Assembly: GCF_000582685.1 (NCBI RefSeq)
Contig: NZ_KK073768.1
Span: 748,509-779,179, forward strand
DNA length: 30,671 nucleotides
From: [Scytonema hofmanni] UTEX 2349
Lineage (GTDB): Bacteria > Cyanobacteriota > Cyanobacteriia > Cyanobacteriales > Nostocaceae
Reading direction: 5' to 3'
Made by a program: the position numbers and the translations under genes
Shown: one piece after another, positions 30,521 to 30,671 of the stretch
Layout of the letters: each line of letters begins with the position of its first letter
Numbering within the stretch: the first letter of the stretch is position 1
Notes under the pieces: model-generated
Database searches by the model: none
The model's input: the letters and a program-made list of their open reading frames with translations, nothing else
Told to the model about the DNA's origin: nothing

Positions 30521-30671
30521 AGTCTTTACCTCTGGGTGTCAGTTATATCAACAGTTCGTAATGATAGTTACTGTATATTGAGGTTACACCGCAGAAGTAT
30601 ATAAGCTGAGGAAAGAATCGAGAAAATATGGAGAAAATATCGGGAAGAAATCGGGAAGATACCTGCAAATG

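Noticed and set aside
1-30671. tRNA, rRNA, transposase, integrase, reverse transcriptase or cas genes
   Set aside because: I scanned the intergenic regions and the ORF track. No cloverleaf-like segments, rRNA-like conserved blocks or matching protein motifs were seen. Absence by eye is not proof, and tRNAscan, Infernal and ISfinder runs would settle it.

Overview
This window looks like a chromosomal segment of a filamentous, Nostocales-type cyanobacterium. The evidence is many HIP1 octamers (GCGATCGC), heptanucleotide STRR-like tandem arrays in intergenic regions, a dispersed GTAGAGACG...CGTCTCTAC hairpin repeat family, and the gene content (Hanks kinases with WD40, HEAT and pentapeptide repeat proteins). 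I support 21 CDS. They are: a 5'-truncated HEAT-repeat protein; a 1896-aa alpha-2-macroglobulin lipoprotein divergent from pbpC; a possible 54-aa ORF; a membrane Hanks kinase; a fused ABC exporter; a stand-alone PD-(D/E)XK (HSDR_N-like) protein directly upstream of a zinc-ribbon/kinase/TM/7xWD40 protein; an orphan DUF104-type antitoxin; cobK; a GlsB/YeaQ/YmgE membrane protein; a TTC38-like TPR protein; a PhnD-like binding protein; a small membrane protein; a CPA2 antiporter with USP domains; a CheY-like receiver; a tandem-domain CobO/BtuR-like protein; two hypothetical membrane proteins; an ABC-2 permease; and a pentapeptide-repeat protein. I recognised no rRNA, tRNA, CRISPR array, transposase, integrase or cas gene. 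Most of the window is housekeeping or signalling genes, so I do not claim a proven new system. The observations most worth follow-up are: (1) the nuclease-fold plus kinase-WD40 gene pair at 14418-17087, a speculative sensor/effector module; (2) a pbpC-linked alpha-2-macroglobulin that lacks the CxEQ thioester; (3) small hairpin/MITE-like elements that contribute coding sequence or UTR, namely an in-frame insert inside the pbpC transpeptidase domain, the pbpC 5' end, the antitoxin 3' end and the cobK 5' UTR; (4) G-tract tandem arrays that fit the G-quadruplex consensus; (5) repeat proteins with perfect nucleotide-level internal duplications. All family assignments come from motifs read by eye. 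Hairpin and repeat coordinates were hand-counted and may be off by a few nt.
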